Assembly: GCF_964204645.1 (NCBI RefSeq)
Contig: NC_134028.1
Coordinates: 1,302,001 to 1,366,000, forward strand
Origin: Tubulanus polymorphus
Taxonomy: Eukaryota > Animalia > Nemertea
Length of the DNA: 64,000 nt
Direction: 5' to 3'
Both the position numbers and the translations under genes were made by a program. Of the stretch, positions 1-12,310 are shown piece by piece. Below the pieces are notes generated by a model. The model was given only the letters and a program-made list of their open reading frames with translations. It ran no database searches and was not told the DNA's origin. Each line of letters begins with the position of its first letter. Within the stretch, counting starts at the first letter, position 1.

Positions 1-857
1 ACTGATGGAATAAGAGACCAATATGGAGGCGGATGAGAGAAATGGAAGAGGTGTTGATAAGGTTTCCTTACTCTGTCAAATCTGATAAATACACGCGCGT
101 CATGTTTTACACGATTATCAGATGAAATCAACCATAGAACCGCATTATACAATAATACATAGGATTTACATAATACATGTCAGCAACGAGAAAATCTGTG
201 TAGGAGGAAGCTGTGTTCATCAGAGGGGAAAAATTACTGAGTTAGTTAACGCTGCTGCTGCTGATGTTGTTATGATGAACTCTGCAGATGAAAAAGGACT
301 TGACAACGTGATAAGAATAGCTGTTAAAAAACAGAATCACGAGGTCACTGACTTTCATCTAATCTGCCACTCGGGTGAGAGAACTTTTATCATATTCTAC
401 AAAAAGCGTAATCGCTATACAGAGGAAGAGCTAGCGCCGGGCGAAGAGAAATACCACCTGAGTTAAAAACAAACTGTGCTGTAATTTGGCCAGTTTAATA
501 AAATACAATGCAGCGACGGATGGAGACCGATGGGAATAGGATCAGCGCCTTCAACGTTCATCATCATCATCAACGCTCATGGGTGATAGAGTTTACTGGT
601 CGATGGTTCTTCTCTGGCCTCTCAACGACGCAACAAAAACCAATCTGAACTGTGCATATTATAACACACCCGGAGGTGCACTCATAGTTATGTTAAATCT
701 AGGAGGAAACCTGATGATGTCCTAGTGATAGCCGTACTATGCCTCCGAGCGAATCGGAATAACTCAATAGAGAAACTGAACGGAATAATAATGATAACAT
801 CCATGAATAGAACGGAGAGGCAGTTGTATTTTGAGCTCAATTTACCAAAGTGAAGAT

Positions 858-1126
858 CCCCTTCCCCACTGGCACCGACCAATGACCCCTTCCCACACTG
901 GCACTGACCAATGACCCCTTCCCACACTGGCACCGACCAATGACCCCTTCCCCACTGGCACCGACCAATGACCCCTTCCCCACTGGCACCGACCAATGAC
1001 CCCTTCCCCACTGGCAGCGAGAAATTACCCCTTCCCACACTTGCAGCGAGCAATGACCCCCTTCGCCACTGGCACCGACCAATGACCCCTTCCCCACTGG
1101 CACCGACCAATGACCCCTTCCCCACT
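858..1126. repeat. Minisatellite, 28-29 bp unit (ccccttccccactggcaccgaccaatga), about 9 copies
   Basis: Tandem units read directly; they explain the repetitive ORFs 688-1125 and 837-1103. Confidence 0.9.
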
Positions 1127-1483
1127 TCTCATGTCAGTTAATGGAAAATGTCACATTCGCCGCATGTTTCAAATCAAGTGGAAGTGTAACATGATTGACG
1201 TCGATCAAAAGAACAGATTTTTGATCCGTCTGCAGAAATGGCTAATATAATTTCTGGTCGTACGAACGGACGTAGAATCAATAGAACGAAACAAACGACA
1301 TTACGCGAGATATTCACAGAAAACGGTCGCAACATCGTTAATGGAAATCTGGATGAAGATGAAATAAGGCAATGTCTGGTGTAGGTGATGTAATAATCTA
1401 CAGCAGTGACCTGTGAAACACCTAAAGTTCTATCAACTAATCATTATCAGTCTTTCATCATTTAAAATTATCACGTGTAGGAG

Positions 1484-1725
1484 CACCCTCTCCTCCCCTT
1501 CCCCGTTCTCCCCACCCTCTCCTCCCTCCCCACGGTCTCCCCACCCTCTCCTCCCTCCCCACCCTCTCCTCCCCTTCCCCGTTCTCCCCACCCTCTCCTC
1601 CCTCCCCACGGTCTCCCTACCCTCTCCTCTCTCCCCACCCTCTCCTCCCTCCCCACGGTCTCCCCACCCCCTCCTCCCTCCCCACGGTCTCCCCACCCTC
1701 TCCTCCCTCCCCACGGTCTCCCACC
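1484..1725. repeat. C/T-rich minisatellite (~29 bp, ccccaccctctcctccctccccacggtct)
   Basis: Imperfect tandem repeat read directly; explains the Pro-rich and Gly-rich ORFs at 1413-1825. Confidence 0.85.
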
Positions 1726-2692
1726 ATGCAGCACGCAATGGTTTTCTGGTAATTAATGAGTAAATGGTATGCACTGATAGTTTTATACGTGCTGTTGTAT
1801 CTATATTGGATTCAATGTTCTCCACTGATAAGTGTCTCGACTCCGGGGGTGAGGGACACAGAACTAATCACAAATTGAAAGATGTACGGGTACATGTTTG
1901 TATAGGAGCTGTACGATGAAGATCTGTGGAACTGGGCTCCGCACGGGGATGACTACATCAAACCCTTTCATACTCGACTTTAGAGGATAAGATCTTTTTT
2001 AAAACTATGATTCAAAGATTCCGTCGGTTACGAGATACTTTTGCTCTCAGCTGCTCATCAGTTACAACATGTCTATGAAACCTGTTTGATATATTAAACG
2101 CACAAGACGAGTTGATGTTCAGGTATAAGACATTGAAGAACTGTCGTTTAAACGACAACCAGCACCAGCAGTAGTACACGCTAGACACACTTTCATCCTG
2201 ATAAAAACATCCAGTTTTACATCCAGTAAGAATCTCTGTCTCTTTTCCGGAGTAAAAAATTCAAACACGCGTTTATGACATTTTGCCATTGAACTTCAGA
2301 TGTGATTTTAGCTAATGTGTGAAATACAGGGAGTACATAACCCTGCGGTATCAGAGACTGTTGTATCGGTGAGTGAATGTATTTGTGGCGTTGACTGGTG
2401 GTGACAGTGTCAATGTGTATTGACAGAATGATGTATGTATGTGTTTACTAAAGCGCAACCCGAGAGTCTCTCGTCTAATAAAGATGCATCACCCGTCTGC
2501 CACTGGTCCGCCCGTCAGTTCATTCCCATCTCTGTCTCTCTCTTAAATAAAACACTTCCAAAATTGATGTCAACAAAACGATGAATGACGTCAACTGGAA
2601 GCAGTAACAGCAGACGCAGTTTATTTGACAATGAGATTGATTACAGTCACTACAGAGAACTGAAGACATCTGCGGGTAATGGTTTCATTACC

Positions 2693-3043
2693 GCTCAGCA
2701 GCTCAGCTCTGGTAGCTCAGTCTCGGTAGCGCAGCTCTGATAACTCAGTCTCGGTAGCTCAGCTCTGATAGCTCAGTCTTGGTAGCCCAGTCTCCGAGGC
2801 TCTGCTCTGATAGCTCAGTCTCGGAAGCTCAGCTCTGATAGCTCAGTCTTGGTAGCCCAGTCTCCGAGGCTCTGCTCTGATAGCTCAGTCTCGGTAGCTC
2901 AGTCTCGGTAGCTCAGCTCTGATAGCTCAGTCTTGGTAGCCCAGTCTCTGAGGCTCTGCTCTGATAGCTCAGTCTCGGAAGCTCTGCTCTGATAGCTCAG
3001 TCTCGGTAGCCCAGTCTCCGAGGCTCTGCTCTGATAGCTCAGC
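2693..3043. repeat. Minisatellite of 14-bp subunits (gctcagtctcggta / gctcagctctgata)
   Basis: Tandem variants read directly. Confidence 0.85.
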
Positions 3044-4509
3044 CTCCCCTGCAATCATAATCTAGTTATTGCGAGTCGAGCGGAATGAACGGAAACTATC
3101 ACCATTTTACACTGTCGCTTAAATTACACTAGAATTTACCGTCATTAACATCAAACTATCGTTAGTTCATCTTAAAGACATAAAAGCATGTTTCTATTAG
3201 CGACGGGTCATAGCACTTCTTATGATACGGACTTTTCCATCAAGGAAGAAATAGTATGATTCTTACACTGATTCTCAAGAGATTCGCAACAACAACTTAA
3301 AAGACATGAGCTAAAAAACGATAGAAATTATGCAACATTTGCTGAAAAAAAATTTCTGCTTTTTTACCCGGATGACTAAATACACGGGACGCCGACCCGC
3401 TGTGAGGTCCTGGGAATAGATAAACTCATAGAATATTAATCAATGTAACCAGCAGCAGTCAGTCAGGCCCCCGGCTGACTGGCTGCTGCTGCTGCTGCTT
3501 CTTTGGAGCTTAGATAAAGATAATGAGAAAAGAAACTTCAAGTTATGGATTATTTTCTCGCGGGACAATCAGTTACTATTTTCTGAGCATATAATTCCTT
3601 TGAGTAAGGCTGGGATGAGATTCAAGGAAAAAAGAGAGATAGAGAGAAGAGAGGGAAGATAGGGAAGAGAAAGGAGAGAGATGATGATAAATTGCCTATA
3701 TTGCCAGGATGAATTTGTCAAACCGCTGATGATGTTGTCACTATAGTTTCCGCAGTGTAATTGATGGTAGTTTTCACGGGGAACTTCAACACCTAAAGCG
3801 AGACTCGAGGATTCACGACAATCAACTGTTACTTCAACACCATCGACTCAAACATTCAGTTCTAATCTACTGATGAATGTGAAATGAATTCCCATATCTC
3901 GCGGGTCTCCGATGAAAAACATCTGAACTGCCATTAGAAAATTAAACCTGTCGGGCTGTGTATTACTGAATCGCTGTCCCAGATATAACGGGAACTGAAC
4001 AGATTTATCAGTTTGTCGATCATCGATTCCGCATCTGGGAAAGAATGCTTGGAACGTTTAGAGGGAGGTTGGGATGGAGGGACGGAGAGAGAGTGGATGG
4101 GAGGTAGAATACTGCAGTATCAGTAGCCGGGGTAGAGAGATTTTAGCTTGTCAGTTCCAGTCATGTTCAACCGGTATTATTGTAGATCTGTCACGCGAAG
4201 GTAATGCTCGATTAATCCGTTGAGATTCCACTCGGACTCTGAAATTTCCTCGGAGAATTCGGTTGAGGTCTCGAATTATACGAAATTGTCGACAGCTCTT
4301 TCTCATGTCGTCGGTTATTACAAACATCATTAACATAAATAAAGAAAAAACATGTTGACATCAATTTGATAAAAGAAGAACCGATTGAATAAAACCAGTG
4401 AACTGTTAGACTCACCACCAATCGTCCTTTACCAAGTATTTACACATAACTGGTTTCTATTTTCTATTAGTTGTTGTTAAAAAATTACCAAAAATCCACT
4501 TCCAAACTT

Positions 4510-4765
4510 GGGGCCAGTTGCATAGTGATGTCTAATACACTTTAAGACCAGTTTAAGACCATTGCAGCTCCTTTTTGTTGAACATTGACTAAAAACCCAG
4601 TTTCTGTACAAGTACCAGACTTGGGACAGTTGCACATGTCTTGTTCCATGTATATATAGCCGATCTAATAATTCAAGACCAGTCTTAAGATTGAAGGCCA
4701 CTTTTTAGGCTTAAGTCAAAACTGTGCTACCAGGAGACCACTACTATGAGATCAGTCTAAGACCA
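4510..4765. repeat. Interspersed non-autonomous repeat rich in ttaagacc motifs; related fragments at ~7150-7245 and ~14030-14260
   Basis: ccagttgc start shared with ~7153 and recurrent (t)taagaccagt/gagactagt motifs at three places in the window. Confidence 0.4.
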
Positions 4766-6156
4766 TGTTGGCAGTGATCTCCACCAGGCCTCGGAGCTTA
4801 TGGATCCTCTATCTATCGAGGACTCGGGGCCTATAGACCCTGGCACCTGTAAGGGCATTGCAACGAAAGCTACATAAGAGATGTTTATCTAAAACGGTGA
4901 CCGCTGGAAGGAAGATACAAACAGTTTGAACATTGACACAAGATGTACATACCTGAACGTATACTCCAGGAACGTCGAATAAACCGTCCGTGTTCAAACA
5001 TCGTTAAAATCTGTCTCTTATTGTCTGGATTGAAATACATCGTTTGTCTAAACCGGCCGACAGTGAGACTTCAATTAATACCGGCTTCCGATTAAAAAAC
5101 ACGTACAAATAATAGCAACGTTACATTTGACAGGTATTAAAAATTCATAATCTCTCTGATATGTGCGTAATCGCAGTGAGATGATACACTATTAAATCTG
5201 ATTGATAATCCGCGCAATGTCTGCAGACGACAAATCCCTGATCGCATCAGTGAAAATACATCCCAGACGCCGCAGTTTAGTTTCTTTTTTCGAAAAATTC
5301 AATAAAACTAAAAGCTGTCTGAGCCAGCGGTAGGTTTAGAGAGAATTGCACAATAGCGGATACTCTCACTAATTAACAGATATTCTCAATTCCGATAATG
5401 AATTCAAGTCGTTTTCTCACAACAAACGAAACTCATATTTTTTCCGCTGTCTTTGTTCGGAACTGACAAAATACAGTCTGTCCGTAATGTCGTAATGCCA
5501 GAACAGTAAATATCACGCATAATACTGAAGTTAATACTTAATCCAATTACACGAATACCAATAGTTTAACCGTCAAAACCAGCCGGGAAAAACTGGCAGC
5601 AAAAGGAGATCTAACTCTGATCAGGCAACGCTCGAATATCCATTGTTTTGAGATGATTCGCGAGTAAACATCATCCGAGCGGAATGTTAAATATTGTTTG
5701 TTAAAACAAATTTGCGCGTCGTAAGCAAGTGATGCCAACAAAAACACCGATACAGTTTATATAGAAAATGTATCTTGGTACTCATGAAGAGGAGGAGAAC
5801 GCGAGTTCACGAAGAGCATCTTCACCGGATAACATCATTAAGTGTCTCATATAAACGAGCAGCGATGTTTTCAGCAGTAGAGAGCAGTACGTGAACGCGC
5901 GTTCTGAACGCACTGACGTTGGGTAATTAAACACGAATCACCACCACGCGTCAATTCAACCTCGATCGAACGCAGTCAATCTTCCAGCCGTGATTTGATG
6001 ATACTTCGCTCCGATATATTGACTTTTTACCGGTAATTGTGCAGTTCTATAGACCGTTCTGAAATCTGTAACCTCGCGACGAGATATCGGCTTCAATTCT
6101 TACGATCACATTTATACTATCATCGTTCACGTCGATGGAACTTTGAAAGACGCCGC

Positions 6157-6314
6157 AAGTCGCTGCAAGTCTCCTCCGAGTCGCTGTAAGTCTCCTCCGA
6201 GTCGCTGTAAGTCTCCTCCGAGTCGCTGTAAGTCTCCTCCGAGTCACTGTAAGTCTCCTCCGAGTCGCTGCAAGTCTCCTCCGAGTCGCTGCAAGTCTCC
6301 TCCGAGTCACTGTA
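6157..6314. repeat. Minisatellite, 21-bp unit (gtcgctgtaagtctcctccga), about 7 copies
   Basis: Tandem units read directly; source of the SRCKSPP and TRRRLTA ORFs. Confidence 0.9.
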
Positions 6315-7273
6315 TCTCTATTCACTCATTGATCAGTGTGTTATAATTTCTGAAGAATGCGGAATTTCTAAATTGACAATCGCGTGATGAACATATCTGC
6401 GTTGTTCGCTCAGAGCAGAGTCGATGTTTGAAGATGTGACTGACGACGCGGAGTGAACCGCTGCAATATGAGCATGCACAGGAATTATAGAAGCTATTCT
6501 CGTGTTTCCCACGAGGGCAGACACAGAGAGAGAGATACGGAGAACAGCAGATCAACTCATTTGACTCATCAGCGCTGTTAACATCATCGACTTACAAATC
6601 GAGCTTAATAAATTTATCATCCTCATAATCTTTCTCAAGTATTACACTCATTAGCAGCGTCGGGCAGAGACCCCCCTTCAATTCTATTCAATAACCAAAA
6701 CACTTTCTCGTCCATAGGAATTGAATAATGCTAATTCCAGTCGGACCTGTTAAACACTGTCATTTATATAATTAGCTAACCTGAATTATGTAGAGGACTC
6801 TCTCCCCCTCCCCATCCTCCTCTCCCTCCTCTCCCTCTCTAAGCGTTTAGGAATGGACTGCGAATGTTCAGTAGTTGTTGAAGCATCATCTCATTAATTC
6901 TGTTGCAACATTATTTGTTTCCGCTGCGGGTAATTTTACAAATGGCAGCCGTCTAATCGAATGAATACTTCATTAAGACTTTGTTTGATTTTATTCATCA
7001 GAACCGCGACCGGGAGTAGATCGGGTGTAAACGATAAATTGATTTTCAAACATCTCTCATCTCTCTTTTGTGAATACTTTCACAGCGTTAGTTCAGATAG
7101 AAACAAATTCAAATTAAATGGAGGATAGAAACTGAATGGAGGGTTCACACGGCCCAGTTGCGTAATCAAGGCTTAGATATAGAGGACCAGTTAAAGCTCA
7201 TTTCTGTTCTATAACCAATCTAATAACTTTAAGACTAGTCTTTCTAATTTAGGATGAATATCCCATAAAACCT

Positions 7274-7509
7274 ATAGCCGCGATCACACGGAGATGATCA
7301 GACCCGAGTCTAATTTGACTTAAACAAAGCGAAGTGAGCCACTTCCTGCACCAGTTCACACGCAATAATTTGCCCCATGCAAAATTTGGCCCGGGCCTGG
7401 ATCGACATTTTTGGTAGGGCGAAAGAGTGGCCCATTTGGCACCCATGTGAACAGTTGTTTATGTACCAAATTTGGCGCGGGTCAAAAATGCTTGCGTGAT
7501 CACAGCTTA
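7274..7509. mobile_element. MITE-like element with imperfect terminal inverted repeats
   Basis: tagccgcgatcacacg at the left versus cgtgatcacagctta at the right; internal repeated aaatttggc-cggg motif. Confidence 0.45.
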
Positions 7510-8102
7510 TGATTAGAAGTGAACAATCAGTAAAACAGATTCATGTTCAGTTGATCAGTTTAGAGTCGATCTCTGTTCCGAGAAGTAGGTGGTTCCCACA
7601 CAATGACTTCAAGTGTGATAAAACTAGTACAAACTACTATAGTGGTTACTGAAATCCTTGATGAAGACACAGAAGTTAAGGACTAACGTTAAGTAATGGA
7701 TGTCCATGCACTATAAGTAATAGACCATACATCCTGCTATTAGACATCATTATTGAGAAGTGACACATTCCCTAGCGAGCTGCGCTCTAAACTCAAGGTT
7801 ATTTTCCCCGATGAGATAAAAAACCTGAATCAGTGCCAGGGAAATGAGAAGTTGAGATTGAAAACATTTTAATCAAAATGTTGACGATTTCACGTAAATC
7901 GAGGCAATGATTTAAGTCAAACTGAAACGATACACGTAAAACCATTGAGAACTATTTCATGTTTTAGGCGACTGTGGAAGATGTTTAATGTTTATCTATG
8001 CGTAAATGAATGGTTTATGTAAATGTATAGATTTCTATCAGATGTGGTTAATGTTACTGTTGTTTTATTGATGGTCAAACTGAGGATGAAAGAATATCGA
8101 CC

Positions 8103-8146
<44 letters not shown>
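8103..8146. repeat. (CAG)n microsatellite
   Basis: Read directly. Confidence 0.95.
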
Positions 8147-9227
8147 TTCACACCTTCATCGTGGTGACTATAGATAGAAATCATTGATCACTAATAATTA
8201 ATATTGCTTAAAAGCCTCATTTCTCATCACACTTCCTTTCATTCTGCTGTGTTGAATATTCCAGTGAAAATGGATGAGTTGTAATCACTCATTTTTCATC
8301 ATGTCATCATTTTCTATACCTTTAATAAGCAAAATCTACATGGATGATCATAAAAAACATCATATCAAAAAGTATTGCCTAAAAGAGTCCCCGGAGACCA
8401 GATCCTGTCATGTATTTTCATGAGCAGATTTAGGGGGCTCCTATTTTTTGGTAATATTTTCAGTCTACAAGAAAGTTACACAAAGAGTGGCTAATTATTG
8501 CAGGCCATTTTGTTTTAGAATCAATGCTCCAAAAATCATCCAATTTTTTCAAATTTTCCAAGCCCCTAAATAGGTTTCACACGTATGGCTTTAGCTGTTC
8601 ATGTTCAATGTATACACACAACTAGGCCTACAAAGTTTAGGGTACCTCCCTTTTCTAAATTTCTGATTCCACCCTTAATATTTATTTCAAATATACTCAG
8701 TAAATGGAGCTTCTAACAGATGATGGGGGTCGGATGAATTCAGGTGACATAATCTTCTCACAATTTCAGATGAAATAAGAGCCTTCCAATGACCGAACGC
8801 AGTTCATATCAATAAACTCTGGATTAAATGGCAGATTAAACAGCAGATTAAATGGGATTAAGGTGATAGTCAATTAGAGCGTGCTATAGTCTATTTCAAA
8901 CTAGGGTTTATCGACTACATTATCATCAACACAGCTATAAAGTGGAATGAGGTAGAAACAGGTGTTGAATATCAGTGTCTCGCTGACCGCAGAATGGAGA
9001 AATGGACCGTCTCTTGATTTCTCAGAGGTGTCGTTTTGATAGTGTTGGTTTAATGTAGCGAGGAACGCCGCACGTCGTTTACTCGTTAGAACCCGCAGGT
9101 CAAAACATTCGTTCTCCACCACTTTGCATGTCACTAAATGGTGGTTTTTATAGATGGAAAAATCTCTGGTGCGGGTAGAATGTCGATGATACTCCCTCCA
9201 ACACATTGATTTGTAAGTATAACTCCA

Positions 9228-9371
9228 GAGTCGTGTATTGGCTGTGAGTTGTGTATTGACTGTGAGTCGTGTATTGACTGTGAGTTGTGTATTGACTGTG
9301 AGTCGTGTATTGACTGTGAGTTGTGTATTGGCTGTGAGTCGTATATTGACTGTGAGTCGTGTATTGGCTGT
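9228..9371. repeat. Minisatellite, 18-bp unit (gtgtattgactgtgagtc), about 8 copies
   Basis: Tandem units read directly; source of the SQYTTH ORF. Confidence 0.9.
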
Positions 9372-11154
9372 ATCTACACACTGAGCTCACTCACTATCTA
9401 TAATAATTGACAGATCAACTTACATTTACATAATAACACAAAACCACTACTGGTGCCTGCTACCAGAGAATATTATCCGACATCAGGCCTGAATTACAGA
9501 TGAAAAAATGACGTCTTAGCCATTTCCTTAAGTAAACATCCAGCTACTTATTATAAGGTTGAGTGGCCACTACATCTTGGGTAAAGCAGGGATTATTGCA
9601 AAACAGCTAAATGAGTAATCAACTATTTCTCCAACCTCCTAGCCTTATCAGCGCTTCAGGAAATGCAAACAGAGGGTATCCCTCATATCAGGAGCGACAT
9701 CATTAAACTACTGGTCACAGGTCAGTGAGGACATCTTTTGTTTCGAAATTCTAGTTAATGACCCGAAGCGGATACATGAGTCACAAACATAATTATCTAC
9801 CGACCACTGTGAGAAAAACACCATCTCCTTATCACAATAAAACCATGAAAAACGACAAAATAGAAAAAGAGCCTTTTACAACAAAAAACATGAAACAGTA
9901 AATATGAAGAGCATATCGAATATATCTGGGTTAAAACGCATAACGGTATCAAGTGTCGCGGCCAATGAACGACGTCATCTGAACAACAACCACAAACGAC
10001 GACGATCTATTGAAAGAAATGAACATTCGATAAAAGGAAAAAGAGTGAGTTGAGAACTAGTGCTGCCATCGGTCCGTCTGGATTCTGGATTATTCAACCC
10101 TTCACCACAAAGTGAATTGATGAAATTATACAAATGAATGAATATATCACGAAACACGTAATGTCACGTACACTAATTCACACCGATGAAATTAACCCCT
10201 CCCTCCCACGCTCCCTCCGCCCTCCACGGAGAAACAACGGACATTGAGTTAACGTGTACTGCATGGCAATAGTGACGACACTAATGGGTATTACACATGA
10301 GTATTACAGATGGTAGGCACCACAATATACAAGGGTATTACAGAATGGTATTACGCATATCACATAAGGGTATTACACCACACAAGGGTATTACAGACAG
10401 GCGCTGCGGAAGGGTATTACAGAGGAATTTAATGGAAAGGTATTATAGATACTTGGATGAGTATTAAACTGGAAGGTCAAGGACAGAGATGTAGAGTGTA
10501 ATGAGATGAAAAAGGGAGAAACTTCATCCTACAATCCGTATTGATTCCAGATTGATCTCGTTCCCTCAATCCGTATTGATTCCAGATTGATCTCATTCCG
10601 TTAACAAAAGGTTTCCGATAATCATGCGATCGCCGGGTAACAGAACAAAATATCTCATCTATCACGAATCAATAACCGAATATCAAATATCGATAATTCT
10701 GATTAGATATTGATTTGAGAGTGAGATTGAGAAGCACGGAATCATGAGACACAGCGTCTGCTCATATTTACTGTGACGCAGATATTTTTTGAAAAATAAA
10801 AACTGCAGACGACAATTTTTGCTGGGTACGTTACGAGTGTTTAGGGACCGTCACGCATGATGCTCAGGGACCGTCACGCGTGATGCTCAGGGACCAATAA
10901 TGATTACCCCGATGATGGTAATTTGCGTCGAAGCTTTACATAACACTACATCATTACAGACCATTACAGACTCATTTCTGGTTACGGCGAATGATGTAAA
11001 ATGACTGGTCCGAAACTTTGAAAGAAGAATTAGCGAGAGACTCGAGAACGGAGGCATCTACCAGACACGCGATATATCAGGACAATTATACCACGAAGGA
11101 GCTTCAACCGAGATCTAATTCATATGAAGAGATACCATCTGAAGTCACTTGATA

Positions 11155-11706
11155 CTAGAGGTTAAATCGAGACAAATCCGAGGTTGTTATAGCTACGACT
11201 CCTTTTTCCATTGCCTTTAATAAACTGTAACCCGTTATACCTGAGGATCGTTGAGCAAAGGAAGAGAGATGAGTATTACACAGCACCAGTCAATTATATC
11301 AATCAATAAATCAATTCATCTATACAGTTCAATCCTTGATGTCATTTTCCTCATTTTCACTAAATCAATATAGTAAAGGTCATATTAAAATTCCAAAAGG
11401 GAAACTTAATTGCATCAAACTTCTATAGAACTTGTTTCTAACAACTTTTTATCAAGTTTGAAATAAATATGTAATTTTTCTGATTTGTTATAAATTGATG
11501 AATTGTTACTGTATTTGTAATTATATTTGAAGGTTCCGCTGACTGTAAACATCTTCTGAAATGAAAGCGTTTTATAAAGAGAAACAATATTTAAAAGAAT
11601 TGATTAATACCTGTCACTTCATGATGAATAGTTCTCAAAGTTTCCTCAGAATCAGACGTCAAAGATGTTGATACCGAGGTTGACATCGATGTCGACATGG
11701 TCAAAT
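11155..11706 (-). CDS. Possible exons of a small unknown spliced gene (11611-11706 and 11155-11240)
   Basis: tattttcag acceptor and cag|gtatt donor around a 96-nt exon (..MSTSMSTSVSTSLTSDSEETLRTIHHEVT). It joins in phase to a pyrimidine-tract acceptor at 11240 giving GITGYSLLKAMEKGVVAITTSDLSRFNL*. No homology recognised. Confidence 0.3.
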
Positions 11707-12239
11707 CTGAAAATACATTTATTATAACAGTGAGAACAGTTTATTGTACAACTAATTTATTTTGCTTTAATTCAAGAGCTGGGTATAATTTATTTTTCAA
11801 GAAGTCCCTAAGTCACTAAATGCCTTCTTTATTAAAATTATTATGATCTATAAGAATATGATCTATTGAATAACTAATATTTCAGAATTATCAGTTGGAG
11901 AAGGTTGATAACAAAAGGGGTACAAATTTGCGATATCAAACCCACAATGACGCAACTGATACGTTTTTAAAGTACCATAAAATGACACTCAGTTAGATTG
12001 TTTATGAAATTCATGTATCAACAATTACAGCACACATGTATTTTGAATTAGATAACTTTATTGATGCAAAAATCCTGATAACGGGCCTCATAAGTTAAAC
12101 CCCCTAATCAGAGAATGGTAGGGTATTGCCGCTATTGAATAGAGCATTTCACGATCAGTTATCACACCTGACTGGTCACCACAGCCAAATGGTCACCACA
12201 CTGACCAGACAAACTTACTACCTAAATCAATCACCAATA

Positions 12240-12310
12240 TCTTGGTGGTCTAGTGGGTAGAGTGCTGGACTGGCATCCAATAGGTTCCTGGTTCAAGTCC
12301 CACGAGGCCA
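12240..12310 (+). repeat. tRNA-derived sequence (SINE head or tRNA pseudogene)
   Basis: A-box TGGTCTAGTGG, anticodon-arm-like tgga-ctggca-tcca and B-box GGTTCAAGTCCC; stems imperfect, so not called a functional tRNA. Confidence 0.55.

Noticed and set aside
122-466. 114-aa ORF at the window start
   Set aside because: No recognisable homology or supporting gene signals.
688-1825. Gly-rich and Pro-rich ORFs
   Set aside because: Translations of minisatellites.
6047-6346. Protamine-like or SRCKSPP ORFs
   Set aside because: 21-bp minisatellite open on both strands; no gene context.
12240-12310. Functional tRNA gene
   Set aside because: Anticodon loop and acceptor/T stems are irregular and no Pol III T-run terminator follows directly.
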